DNA of 64,000 nucleotides, taken from contig OZ316897.1 of the NCBI GenBank assembly GCA_973895155.1, forward strand, positions 13,639,375 to 13,703,374, in the 5' to 3' direction. Shown piece by piece: positions 50,954 through 62,799 of this stretch (position 1 is its first letter; every line of letters begins with the position of its first letter). Position numbers and translations under genes: made by a program. Below the pieces are notes generated by a model. The model did not search any database and was not told the origin of the DNA. It saw nothing but the letters and a program-made list of their open reading frames with translations. The stretch is from Marsupella aquatica. Lineage: Eukaryota > Plantae > Marchantiophyta.

Positions 50954-53900
50954 CTACTTGTGATGCAATTGCAAAACCTGCAATACGTCACGGTGTTTAG
51001 AGAAACTCTCCAAAGGAATCACTTTGGTAAATGCGTCAGCCGGGTTGAGTTTACCATCAATCTTGACTAGCTCAAACAAATTATCAGACACAGCCTGCCT
51101 GATAAAATGGTACCTGACGTCAATGTGCTTCACTCTGCTGTCCATCACCTGGTTCACAGCAAGGTGGAGCGCACTTTGACTATCACAATGGAGCTTCACA
51201 TTCCCCTGTGGCAATCCCATTTCAGTGATAAGTCTATCCAACCAAATCGCTTCCTTTGCTGCTTCCGCAGCTGCAACATACTCCGCTTCTGTAGTAGACT
51301 GAGCAATACACTTCTGCAAAGTAGACCTCCAACTTATGCATCCACCGCCAAGTGTGAACACGTATCCTGTTGTTGATCTCCTTCGGTCCAAATCTTGTCC
51401 ATAGTCAGAATCTACATAGCCAATCAATGATCTAGCATTCTTTGCATTCGCATCAAATAAAAGACCATGATCCACGGTACCCTTCAAGTACCTGATAATC
51501 CACTTCACTGCTTCCCAGTGTACCTTCCCTGGATTCGACATGTACCTGCTCACCTTGCCCATAGCCATGGCAAGATCAGGTCTAGTGCAAGTCATCAAAT
51601 ACATGAGACTCCCCACTGCCTTGTCATATGGAACCTTTGACATCAACCCCTTCTCTGTGTCATCCGTAGGACAGAACGCTGATGATAACTTGAAGTGTGG
51701 AGCCAACGGGGTACTTACTGGCTTGCTATTCTCCATGTTGAACCTTGCAATTACCTTCCTCGCATAACTGCTCTGCGTCAACCATAGTTTGCCAGCCTCC
51801 AAGTCCCTAGTGATCTCCATACCCAAAATCCTCTTAGCTGGCCCTAAGTCCTTCATCTTAAACTCTGCACTAAGCAGTGCCTTGAGCTTAACAATCTCAG
51901 ACCTATCCTTGGCTGCAATTAGCATGTCATCCACATAAAGTACTAAAACAATGAACCCAAAGACAACATTCTTCACCGGTTTCAAATACACACAAGGGTC
52001 AAATACACTTCTGTGAAAACCTTGTGACCGAATCCAATCGTCAAACCGCTTGTTCCACTGTCTTGGTGACTGCTTCAACCCATACAAGGATTTCAGCAAT
52101 CTGCAAACTAATTCCTCCTGTCCTCTCTTCACAAAACCTAGCGGTTGTCTCATGAAGATCACCTCTTCCAATGTGCCATAGAGGAAAGCTGTGACAACAT
52201 CCATCTGATCTAGGAGCAGACCAAACATTACAACAAGTACACACAATAGTCGTATTGTAGAGTACTTAGCAACTGGTGAGAAGACCTCATTGTAATCCAC
52301 ACCTTTCTCTTGTGTGAATCCCTTTGCTACCAATCTAGCCTTGTAGACCTTCGATCCACCTCCTATGGAATTATCCTTCAGCTTGTAAATCCACTTGCTG
52401 TCCACCACTTGCTGACCCTTAGGCAGCTTAACAAGCTCCCAAGTTTTGTTGTCCTTTAGTGACTGCATCTCCGTTTGCATTGCTGCAGTCCACTTCTGCT
52501 TCTCTTTTGAAGCACTTGCCTCATGAAATGAAGAAGGTTCTCCTTCTTCCAAAATTAACGCATCACCCTCATCATCAGCTGTAAAATCATCCTCTTGCAG
52601 TTGAGATGAATCAACCCACTGTCCATACCTTGATGGAGCGCGTACAGTGCGACCAGATGTTCTTCTAGCCGATGACTCCGGTTGATCTGCGTGTGCTGGT
52701 ACAATTTGAAGCTCAACAGCATCCACTTGTTGCTCACCAGCATCAACAAACTCCTCTGGTTCCTCTGGCATAGGAACCAGCTCCATAATTGGAGCAACTC
52801 CTTCTCTCCGGTCATGCACCTCATAACCAATCTCCCCCTCAACGAGATCCGGGATAGGAGATTTTCCTTTGTCAGTACGGGAGATCTGAGTATTCTCCCC
52901 CTCCTTCAATAATCTAGATTCATTGAAGGAAACATCCCTACTAACAACGAGCTTACAGGCAATAGGATCCCATAGCCTATAGGCTTTCACACCACTCTGG
53001 TACCCAAGAAAAACACATTTCCTGGAGGTAGGATCCAACTTGGTCCTATTATGCTTTGGTGTGAGAGCATATGCATCACTTCCAAAAACTACCAAGCCAT
53101 GATAGTCTGCTTGCCGCTTATAGCGCATCTCAAACGGCGTTTTGAAATTGATAGCACTAGAAGGAGAAAGATTTACCAAATAAGCTGCGGTATTGACAGC
53201 TTCTGCCCAAAATTCTTGTGGTAAACCTGATTGGCTCAACATACTCCGTGACCGCTCCAACAGTGTCCGATTGAGCCTCTTAGCGACACCATTCTGCTGC
53301 GGAGTATAAACTGTGGTGAGATGGCGAGTTATCCCCTGTTCTGAACAGTACTCTTCAAATTCCATTGAAGTGTACTCCCCGCCGTTGTCTGACCTCAGAC
53401 TCTTCACCCTTGTATCCAAACACTTGATCGTGTTTCCAGTCTGATTCTCCACCTGGGCCTTCCACTTCTTAAAAATGGACAAGACATCAGACTTATGCGT
53501 CATGAAATAAATCCACACAAATCTTGAGTAATCATCAATAAATGATACATAGTATAACTTTCCAGAGTGTGAGGGAGTCGGGGATGGACCCCACACGTCA
53601 CTATGTATGTACTCAAGAACCGCTTTGGAACGATGAGTTCCAACACCAAAAGCACGACGATGCTGCTTTCCAAGAATGCAATGCTCACAAAACTCTAATT
53701 TACAAGATTGCAAATCAGAAATGAGTCCATTCTTCCGTAAGATAGCCAAACCCTTCTCACTCATGTGGCCTAGCCGTGAATGCCACAGTTGAGTCATCTC
53801 CTCGTGAGACTTGGTTACATTGGCCTCTCCACATACAGTATTGCCCTGTAACACATACAAATTCTTTTGTCTACTCCCCTTCAAAATCACTGTCTCTCCC

Positions 53901-54226
53901 GACCTGACTTGAAGTTCACCATCAATAACGTTCCATTGATGACCATTTGAATCCAACACACCGAGTGAAATCAGATTCTTACGCATGCCAGGTACATACC
54001 TGACTCCGGATACTGTGCGCACAGCGCCATCAAACATTTGAATCTTCACAGACCCAATTCCCTCAATTTGACAGGAGTGATCATTTCCCATCAGAACTGA
54101 ACCGTTTGAAACAGAGTAAGAACTGAAAAACTCACGAATGTAACAAATATGAAAAGAGCAAGCACAATCAAGAATCCACACATCATCTGCTCTCCTAGAT
54201 GACGTGCACAGGGCATACCCCCGGCT
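50954..54226 (-). CDS. Copia pol (protease, integrase, RT, RNase H), in frame with gag after a TGA
   Basis: WILDCACSFH; IHSDVWG/SDNGGEY/NGVAKR; LYVDDML; KHIDVRYHF. Confidence 0.9.
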   Translation of the reverse strand, partial: SRGYALCTSSRRADDVWILDCACSFHICYIREFFSSYSVSNGSVLMGNDHSCQIEGIGSVKIQMFDGAVRTVSGVRYVPGMRKNLISLGVLDSNGHQWNVIDGELQVRSGETVILKGSRQKNLYVLQGNTVCGEANVTKSHEEMTQLWHSRLGHMSEKGLAILRKNGLISDLQSCKLEFCEHCILGKQHRRAFGVGTHRSKAVLEYIHSDVWGPSPTPSHSGKLYYVSFIDDYSRFVWIYFMTHKSDVLSIFKKWKAQVENQTGNTIKCLDTRVKSLRSDNGGEYTSMEFEEYCSEQGITRHLTTVYTPQQNGVAKRLNRTLLERSRSMLSQSGLPQEFWAEAVNTAAYLVNLSPSSAINFKTPFEMRYKRQADYHGLVVFGSDAYALTPKHNRTKLDPTSRKCVFLGYQSGVKAYRLWDPIACKLVVSRDVSFNESRLLKEGENTQISRTDKGKSPIPDLVEGEIGYEVHDRREGVAPIMELVPMPEEPEEFVDAGEQQVDAVELQIVPAHADQPESSARRTSGRTVRAPSRYGQWVDSSQLQEDDFTADDEGDALILEEGEPSSFHEASASKEKQKWTAAMQTEMQSLKDNKTWELVKLPKGQQVVDSKWIYKLKDNSIGGGSKVYKARLVAKGFTQEKGVDYNEVFSPVAKYSTIRLLCVLVVMFGLLLDQMDVVTAFLYGTLEEVIFMRQPLGFVKRGQEELVCRLLKSLYGLKQSPRQWNKRFDDWIRSQGFHRSVFDPCVYLKPVKNVVFGFIVLVLYVDDMLIAAKDRSEIVKLKALLSAEFKMKDLGPAKRILGMEITRDLEAGKLWLTQSSYARKVIARFNMENSKPVSTPLAPHFKLSSAFCPTDDTEKGLMSKVPYDKAVGSLMYLMTCTRPDLAMAMGKVSRYMSNPGKVHWEAVKWIIRYLKGTVDHGLLFDANAKNARSLIGYVDSDYGQDLDRRRSTTGYVFTLGGGCISWRSTLQKCIAQSTTEAEYVAAAEAAKEAIWLDRLITEMGLPQGNVKLHCDSQSALHLAVNQVMDSRVKHIDVRYHFIRQAVSDNLFELVKIDGKLNPADAFTKVIPLESFSKHRDVLQVLQLHHK

Positions 54227-55267
54227 TCATAAAACATACTCATTATTGAGTAAATCAGCTTCTCCATCAGCCCTAGCCACATTTGCCGATGAAGTTTCCG
54301 CTGCCTTTCCCTTACAGTCTTGCTTGAAGTGTCCAACTTGGTTGCACTTCCAACATGTCACCTGCCTCCTCTGAGGGGATTTACCCTTGGACTTAGATCC
54401 GGATTTAGATCTAAACTGGGTTCTACGGTCTCCAGTTGGTCGCTGCATACTCCTCCCACGGTTAACATTGAGGGCAGCACCAGATGATGAAGGCTGTGAC
54501 GTGATGTGCATCTTCTGCTGAAGATCATCACTAAGCAGAGAACTTACCACGTCATTGTATGAAATGGTATCCCTATCACGATGCAACAACACTCGTGATA
54601 GGGACTGGTAAGATGGAGGCAATGAACTAAGAAGCTGCAGAGCCTTCGTCTCATTATTCAAAGTCTCCCCAAGGTTTTCCAAGTCAACGACCATGTCGTT
54701 GAAAGCATCCACATGGTCTTGCAACTTCGTACCAGATTCCTTCATCCTGAAACTCATCAGTTTGTAGGAAGTGTAGAGCCGGTTCGACAACTCCTTGCGG
54801 TGATACTTGCTCTGCAATTCCGCAAACAAGGACATGCAATCCTTATGTGCACCTAACTGCTTGATGATGGGAGGCATGAGATAGAGTGTAACACACCACA
54901 CTCCCTGCTCCTGCATGCGGTCCCATTGTTTCTCATCAACATCGTCTTCACGAGTGCTCAGCAGTTGGCCCATCCCTGACGCATAGAGCACTCCCTTCAC
55001 CTGCTTCTCCCATAGCAAGTAGTCAGAGCGCCCATCATACTTTGTCACTTCATACTTGGGTCCCCCAAGCTTGAAAGTCCCCATCTTCTTCTTTGGCACT
55101 ACCGTGAGCTCCGGTAGTAGTACTGCTTCCTCCACCACACGCCGCACCGGTGATGGTATCGGTGTCACGTGCTCTTCCTCCTGCTCCTCTCTCTGCCCCT
55201 GAAACCTCCGCGGTGATCCTCGTGCTTCAAGTTCCACGTCTTCGAAAAACTCCTCCGAATCACTCAT
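54227..55267 (-). CDS. Copia gag
   Basis: KYDGRSDYLLWEKQVKG; LLSSLPPSY; CWKCNQVGHFKQDC. Confidence 0.92.
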   Translation of the reverse strand: MSDSEEFFEDVELEARGSPRRFQGQREEQEEEHVTPIPSPVRRVVEEAVLLPELTVVPKKKMGTFKLGGPKYEVTKYDGRSDYLLWEKQVKGVLYASGMGQLLSTREDDVDEKQWDRMQEQGVWCVTLYLMPPIIKQLGAHKDCMSLFAELQSKYHRKELSNRLYTSYKLMSFRMKESGTKLQDHVDAFNDMVVDLENLGETLNNETKALQLLSSLPPSYQSLSRVLLHRDRDTISYNDVVSSLLSDDLQQKMHITSQPSSSGAALNVNRGRSMQRPTGDRRTQFRSKSGSKSKGKSPQRRQVTCWKCNQVGHFKQDCKGKAAETSSANVARADGEADLLNNEYVL

Positions 55268-57749
55268 ATGAGAAAGTCACAAAAAATGTTGTTTTTCACA
55301 ACTTCTCAAAAAACTCGAAACTCAACACCGCCGCGTAGCCCACAAAGCTAGGAGTCCAATACTGAAAACCAAAATCAAAATTGAAATTTGACGGAAAAGT
55401 TATTCAAATTTCGGTCGAGGTGGGTAAAACCTTGGGAAACTCCCCCGTTTTGACCACCTCAGGGAATAACCGAAATACCAAGTACAACCCGTTATCAGAA
55501 TTGCGATGTGATTGGTGCGCTGCATTGCCAACTTCAATGGCTACGACCTCGCCGAAAAATAACCAAAAAAGTTACCGTTCGGCGGATGAAATCTTTGTCG
55601 GACGGTCAAAAAATAGCTCTCTGGTTTTTTTGGAATATTCTATGACCCTTGTACAGGCCCTGTGGGAATTTTGGAAGAACAATCGAGGGGCTGACATGTG
55701 TCCTCGAACCCCCAAAACCCCCTACCACCCTTCGTCGTCGAAATCTGGTCGCGCGCGCAGAAAATACACACGGCAGAATGTACCCCTCGACACCAAACGC
55801 AAGATATCTCACTCGGGTTTTGACGAAATCAAGATCCGATTTCAGATTTGGAAACTAGACTCTGAGGCGATGAAGATCGATATAAGAAGCACCCAAAACG
55901 AGGAAAGAACGAGGGAGAAAAAAATTGGTAAAGATGACAGATTTCTCTCAATTGCCATAGCCAATTTCGAATCAGTTTTTCAAAGAGAAAAAAATGGTAC
56001 CTTGTCAACAACGAATGTTGATCAATTGCACTTGGTGCCGTCACCAAGTCCAACAAGGTAATTAATTTTGCTTAGCCTTCCTCTTTGCATCAAAGAGCCA
56101 ATCCCGGACTCAAAAACAATCGTCTTGCCTCAATCTCTCCGTTGAGTCAAAACACTTGACGCTTCTCCCTCCGAGTCGATTGCCAACTTTCTTCACAAAA
56201 TCCAGAACGACGAAAACTTAGATCTCTCTGCACCACGAGCTCCGTTCAACGATTTCTTCACACCGTTAGAAAGCTCTTGCCCTGATCTATCCGTTGAGCC
56301 CATAAACTCCAAGTTCCATGCGATGGAACTCTGGAAAATCCACCAACACTCAACGCTGGAAAAACCGTCATGAAATCCCGTCACGAACACACGTCACCTC
56401 CCAAGCATGCTCTGATACCAATTGTTGAGCATAGACGACGATCGCAACGGCAAGCCCATGAACCATCCAACGCACAATAGTCGACACAAGAGATACGTGG
56501 TTCACCTCCTTGAGGCTACGTCCACGGGAACACACAAGAGAGCTTTACTGAACTCTAAGCCCGTCGGCTATACCGAGTCTCCACAGTGTAAGCTCTCCCT
56601 ATCTCTCAAGTGGCTCCATAACAATGAGCCTTGGTTCTACCTCTCCAAGCACACATGCCTCTTATGATATAGTGTGCAACTTAGTTGTACCTAACCACAT
56701 AGTTGTACCTAATCACGTAGTTGTACCTAACCACATAGTTGTACCTAATCACGTAGTTGTACCTAACCACATAGTTGTACCTAATCACGTAGTTGTACCT
56801 AACCACGTAGTTGTACCAACCCACGTTGTTGTACCAACCACGTCATACCTAACCTAGACGTAAGAGTAAATACCCAACAATGCCTCCACAAGTATATGCC
56901 TTCAGTTGAGGACAAGTATGAATGAGGTGACTACTTTGAATGCTAATAAGACCAGAATCCTCAAGGTGACAAACCAATAAATGATGCAGTGCAAGTGTCT
57001 GGGTCTTTCTTATCACCTCCCCGACACACTATAATGAGTCTCTTCTTATTCCTTCGTATGAAGCCTCTTAAACCTCCAACCTGCTTTTGCTTCATACTCA
57101 TGTAAAGCTCTATCAAATTCAATCATCCCAAGTAGGGTAGAATTTTCCCTTCATCAATCCACACTCAATATCTGTGGGCACATGACCATCCACAAATCCT
57201 TCAAGTTACTTACAAAGTTTCAACTAATTTAACTCAATTTGAAAACAACATAGTCAACCTGCAATGAAAATGAAAGTAGATGTGGTGTTGAATTGGTTCA
57301 AATCTGATTCTCCTGGATTGATGTCAAGAAGATCATGATGGACCACCATGTCAACAATGTCAATAGACGGGTGCTGTCGTGGATGATCATTTGCAAAGCT
57401 GTCTCCACCCAAGATTGGAAGGGGACAAACTGCACTGGGAACTGAATTAGCATCTTCATCGTCATTTGATCACAATCTATGATCCCTAGGGGCAACATGA
57501 TGCCTTTGTTGTTCTTCCCACTCTATCTCAGGCAACAAACGATACTTCATCACAGTACAATATCTATGCCCATGATCATAATTCCGATGTGCAGTAGGGG
57601 GCACTCCAGGGTCATAAGGAGGGTCTGGATCAATCCCCTAAGCTGGATTGTACATATCGCTGTGGTCAATATAGATATTGTGAAGAATGCATGCACAAGT
57701 AATATAGTGCGCTAGTCAATACAAATACATATGACCTATACGTTTTGCG

Positions 57750-58780
57750 TGAAACAAATCTTCAACTATCCTTCAGGCTGCCCAAAAGCTATAACTACAC
57801 ACATCCTAGTTGAGCTCAACATATAATTAAAGTGTCTCTTGCAGCTACACTCTCTTGCAGCTACACTCTCTTGCAACAAGAAAAGGGTTAAGCAACCAGG
57901 GATAAGTTGGATAACCAAAATCACCAATAATGTACTCCCCTGTGTTGAATCTTATTGGAGAAGTAAATACTGGATCGAAGAGTTTTGTGTGATGTTCCAT
58001 AACATCATTATAAAAACCAAACACCCGTAGAAGGCGAGATTCTTGAATGCTGCTAGGCCATCTTGAAAAAACATCTCAAAAAACATCCAAAAATCAAAGA
58101 CGACTATCACAAATAGCTTGTATGGAAATGCTCTGACCACGTTTGTAGTCACGGTAATCAACAAAATTTGTTCTCGGAGGTAATTCCACTTGAAAATGAG
58201 TGGCGTCAATGACACCACAACAATTTGGGAATCCTTGCAATTGACGGGATTCTTCTTTTACCTTTGCCATGGCCTCTCCTTGCAGCCAACTCAAATGTTG
58301 TCCCCTTTCTTGCAGAATTAAAGCCCTAACAAATTGCCAAACAACATCTGGTACGCATGGGACGGAAACTCCAAACACCTCTGAAAGTGTCAACAACAAA
58401 CAAACACTGGAAAACCGACAGAGGGCTATGGCAACCTGACGTTCAACGGACAATGTCCTGTTTGTCGAATTGCAAAGGCTAAGTGGTGGATTCGTTGTCA
58501 TGTCTTGTCTAACTAGGTCACAAATGTACATGAATGTTGTCGGAAACACTCAAAATAAATATTTGAAGCGAACAGGATCATGCTTGATGACATGCATGAA
58601 ATACCAGCCGCTCCACTTTCTTGACCTAGGCTCAATGTAATTCCCAGAGATATGATGATAGTCTCTGTAAAATTCATGTTGAATAGTCTGAAAGAGTTGA
58701 AGTAAGTTTATAAATTGTGTACCGTTGTCATCCTGCATTGGTTTATGTGGTAAAGAATAGGTGGCAACGAGAGTGGCCAA
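57750..58780 (-). pseudogene. PIF/Harbinger DDE transposase (HARBI1-like) pseudogene
   Basis: LSVERQVAIALCRF; GFPNCCGVIDATH; SISIQAICDSRL; frameshifts. Confidence 0.85.
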
Positions 58781-58989
58781 TTATAGTTGCAGCAAGAGTA
58801 GTTGCTGGAGAGCAAGAATTATGGACAATATTATTTCCAATTCATTATTTCCAATTTATTATGACCGTGCACAATGATTTAAAGGAAAAAAACATGCAAA
58901 ACATGAAGAGAGAAATTGAGGGTAATAAATGAGTGAAACCAATTTCATTGCACACACACAAGTGAATGAAGTAGTAGCCAAAAGTCAAG

Positions 58990-59210
58990 TATTATTTCTT
59001 TGGTTTTTGTGAGCATAAATATATCAAACTGCCAAAAAACAGAGGGCGCCGAACCGGGAGACATGATCCCTCAGGCAAAAGACCCAATCAAGGGGGGGAC
59101 CACCAAGGGGCCAAAAAAGCTAAGAAATCAAAGGAACAAAGAACTACCAAAGGCCCAAAAACCAGGACCCCAAAGCCTACCGGTAAGCAAACTGAAGAGC
59201 CTGGTATAGC
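58990..59210 (-). mobile_element. Possible short LINE 3'-end fragment
   Basis: T-rich end and CCAAAAA..GGCAAAA..GGGGGGA.CAC layout resembling the LINE 3' UTR at 17440-17540. Confidence 0.3.
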
Positions 59211-60221
59211 TCCCGTGTGAACTAAAGGTTATGACATGATTGATGTGATGGTCCCTTGTATTTCTGTAAAGTGCATTCAAAGTAATGAAAGCTTTAAGAC
59301 AGCAATATACTCATCCTTTGTATGTCTATAAAGTACCTCCAGTCTACTATACGGGTTGTAAGCAGTGCATACCTGTTAAGTGTACACATAAATTAGTACT
59401 TGTTTTGGCCTGCAAAGGCTCGAAGGGATTCTGTTATTTGCAGTCTTTGCTTCACACTCGAAGCAGGGATTCTCTGTTCGGAATTGTTTGGAAGTCCTTG
59501 CTTCACACTCGAAGCAGCATTGACATCCGCTTTGGTTGAAGTGTGAACGGCTAGAATTTTGTGGTTGGAATCAAATGCTGGCACGAATCGTTTAGGAAAT
59601 CGTCAGCAAGGAGCAATCCTAGTGACACACAGCGAGGATTCGCTAGAGGGCAGCAGCACGGATCGAGCAGAGCTCTGTGAGCAGGAGCGCAAGTTCAAGT
59701 CAAGTTTCGAAGCACATGATGTGAGCAGCAGCGCAAAGGAACAAAGCAGCGGCAGTGAGCAAACGGCAGCAATTCCAGGTCAAGTATCAAGGCAAGTATC
59801 GAGGCAGCAGCGGGGGCAGCAGCGCATGTGAACGAGGCTTGTTGTGAATTGAGGCAGCACCGCAAAGGAACGACGCAGCGGCAGGGAGCAGCGGTAGTGA
59901 GCAAACGGTAGCAAGTGAGCACGAGTGAGCAAACGCGAGTGAGCACTTTCACGTTTAGTTTTCAGGTTGTCGCATGTAACGCGGAACTATGCAGGGATTG
60001 ATTGCAGGGACATGTTTTGGTGCAAAAGCTCCTGCATCTTGCCCTGTACAATTTGCGGTGCAAAAGACAAAGGAGTAGATCCGACTGAGTAATTAAGCAC
60101 TTCACACGTAAGCTATTCTTGATTGTGTTTAGATCCTGGTCCACACTTTTTCCCGACATCTGTGGGCTGCTAAGGGTCGTTTTTTTAAGGACTCTTCCAC
60201 ATGCAAGACAGCCCTTACACC

Positions 60222-60463
60222 TATTTAACTTCTTATCACAGACGTCTAGACTGCATTTTGTTGGGTTCTTACATCTGTGTTCTCTCGTATTCTCTTGTCG
60301 TAGCAATGTTATCTTCCTCGGATTTTCTCACGTTGTTCATTCCAATTATTGCATTTTTGGCGTACGAAACCCTTGGCTTCCTTGGGCATAATCACGGGGT
60401 TTGACATCATTCTGCTTCTAACTTTTCCTCAATGACGTCTTGCTAACGGAGAAGCTTCTGGTC
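60222..60463 (+). repeat. Duplicate of the LSM1 intron-1 3' end plus start of exon 2 (source ~60886-61105)
   Basis: Near-identical TATTTAACTTCTTATCACAGACG...AGAAGCTTCTGGTC. Confidence 0.9.
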
Positions 60464-60596
60464 TGGGTGGTGGGGTGGTGGGGGGGGGGGTGTGTGGGTT
60501 GGAACTTCTTTCCTTTGGACCAGGATTAATGGGAGTTGGAGAGGCACCAGTGCGATAAAGACGGAGTGAATTAGGAAAATCAACCTACTGAAGGGG

Positions 60597-62730
60597 ATGT
60601 CGTGGGCAGGACCCAACACCTTCCCTGCTACTTCACTCGCAGACAACCTTGACAGTATGTCCCTTCCCCTCAAAACGCGTCTGTTTTTAGGTTTAATTTG
60701 AATGATTGTTGGTTTATTTTGCCGCTTAATTCGAGGGTCGACCCATTCACACTTTGTCATTTCAGGATCTCATCTCGTGCAGGGTCTCGTGTCCCTGCTT
60801 TGGTGATCTATTCTGTATCGTTGAGATCCTGCTAATCTAAAGTACCGCATTGAAGCACCGGCTCGGAGGCATTTGTATCTTAGAACTATTTAACTTCTTA
60901 TCACAGACGTCTAGACTGCATTTTGTTGGGTTCTTACATCTGTGTTCTCTCGTATTCTCTTGTCGTAGCAATGTTATCTTCCTTGGATTTCCTCACGTTG
61001 TTCATTCTAATTATTGCGTTTTCGGCGTACGAAACCCTTGGCTTTCTATCATTCTGCTTCTAACTTTTCCTCAATGACGTCTTGCTAACAGAGAAGCTTC
61101 TGGTCATTCTTCGTGATGGAAGAAAGCTTGTCGGAGTTCTTCGGTCTTTCGATCAGTTTGGTACGTATGCGATTCTGGTTCAATTTTTCGAAAGTCAGCA
61201 ATATGTCGCTTGGTAAGAGTGCTGGGAAAGTTGTGAACAAATCCAGCAAAGATTGAGAACATCACGACTAATCAGGATTGACTGAATGTTAGGATTTGAC
61301 GTTGGTGGAAGTGCCAAAGGACTGCTTCTGTAAGTTATGACATGCATTTATTTGGACTGGCTCACAGTCTGTTCTTGTTCACCATTAACACTCTCCTCTC
61401 TGATCTTTCTGTTCAAACCAAATCTGCGGACTACGGTATCTTGTACCACGGTTTGTTGCAACCAGTGCAAGTAGTAGCCAAGGACGGACAACTATACATA
61501 GTTGGTTTTATTGTACACTTGATTGTAAGCTGTAACTATTATCACTAACTGAGACACCTTGTCGCTCTTCAAGGGTTTTGGTTTGTAAGTGTGTAGTTAA
61601 TGGTACTGGGGTATCAGTGCCTATGTGCTGACCTTTGGACTTTGTTGATGTACTCTGCAGCCAACGTTGTGTTGGAGCGGTCCATTGAGCGTATCATTGT
61701 CGGGGAACTTTTTTGTGATCTCCCACTCGGTCTTTATGTTATACGCGGTGAAAATGTTGTTTTGATTGGGGAGCTGGTGAGCTGCTCCTGTGTTGTCATC
61801 CGAACTGTGATGCTTTTGGCAGCTATTTGTTTAGTTGAGATTCCCTGAATAATAGGTGACCTCTTCCAGCGTGGTCGTATGGAGCATGGATTATTACTTT
61901 ATCTAAGTGCGATCCGATGTATTTAGTGGCCTGTTGACCTTTGGAGCAGATAGATGGTAACATGTTAGAATTGTATTAGCTATATATCAAGTTATCACAG
62001 TTTCTCACTGTCCTGCCCTGTAAGTCATACTAGCCTTTTCCTTGTACTTCCTCACAACGACAGGACGAGGGGGTAAAGGAAGTCGGATTTGGGGGGGTGC
62101 GGGATTTTTGAAGTACTTTGCAATCAACTTAGCAGTCGGTGCCAGAATTGAGTTTTTAGCCTGTTCTTTGATCATAGTAAATGTGTTCTTAATTATTCAA
62201 GGCTGGGGATCGTGTTTGAAAAGTGACGGACATGTGGAGGGAGTTTAGCCTCGTTATGAATTGTTGCAAAACATGCGTTTTATACACAAATATTTGTTAG
62301 CTCAGAACAGTATTCCCTAATAGATGGCCGTTGATCTTTACAGGACCCAGATAAAGATGACTTGCCCTCTGAAATGGTCAGAGTATGTCCTGCAGACATA
62401 AAACAGGTATACATTCGCTACTGTTTAATCAGTTGCTATCGAATTCTTATGAAAAGAAAATACGTATATTTGTTGGGTTCTCCAGTGTTGGTATGTGCAC
62501 GCCTTGTTCGACATCCGTGACTTTACTTCGAAGTATTTTAGTCATAGACAGAAACAAGTGGAATCTATTCGCTTGCAGTGTGATGTGAAACTGTGCATGC
62601 ACGTAAGCGCTTGTTGCGGCTTAAGACTTCTGATTTCCAGTATTTGTTTCAGGCTCAAAAGGCAGAAAGGGAAGCAACGGAACTTAAAGGCACAATGAGG
62701 AAGCGGATGGAATTTCTGGACTTGGACTAG
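60597..62730 (+). CDS. LSM1: Sm-like protein LSM1; exons 60597-60654, 61092-61160, 61661-61776, 62344-62406, 62653-62730
   Basis: MSWAGP...[64 protein letters not shown]...MRKRMEFLDLD; GT-AG introns. Confidence 0.95.
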
Positions 62731-62799
62731 TAATTCAACGTCCAGTGCGCTTCACAAGGCCTTCGAACTCCATCTTCTGTACTAATTATTGTCTAAGTT

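Larger units (their letters stand above)
50306..56879 (-). mobile_element. Full-length, very young Ty1/copia LTR retrotransposon
   Basis: 457-bp LTRs 50306-50762 and 56423-56879, no differences seen; TSD ATGCC; iMet PBS 56409-56420; PPT ~50765-50773. Confidence 0.97.
47950..57260 (-). pseudogene. Mutator-like (MULE) transposase pseudogene, split by the copia at 50306-56879
   Basis: IIVSDRDKG (~49640); RWGHTTSNVVE; SWIM finger VCECKEWQEMGFPCVHA (~48650-48700); knuckle-like CSICHKEGHNC (~48130-48160); outer boundaries approximate. Confidence 0.8.

Noticed and set aside
51107-53724. Plus-strand ORFs within copia pol
   Set aside because: Antisense shadows of the pol reading frame.
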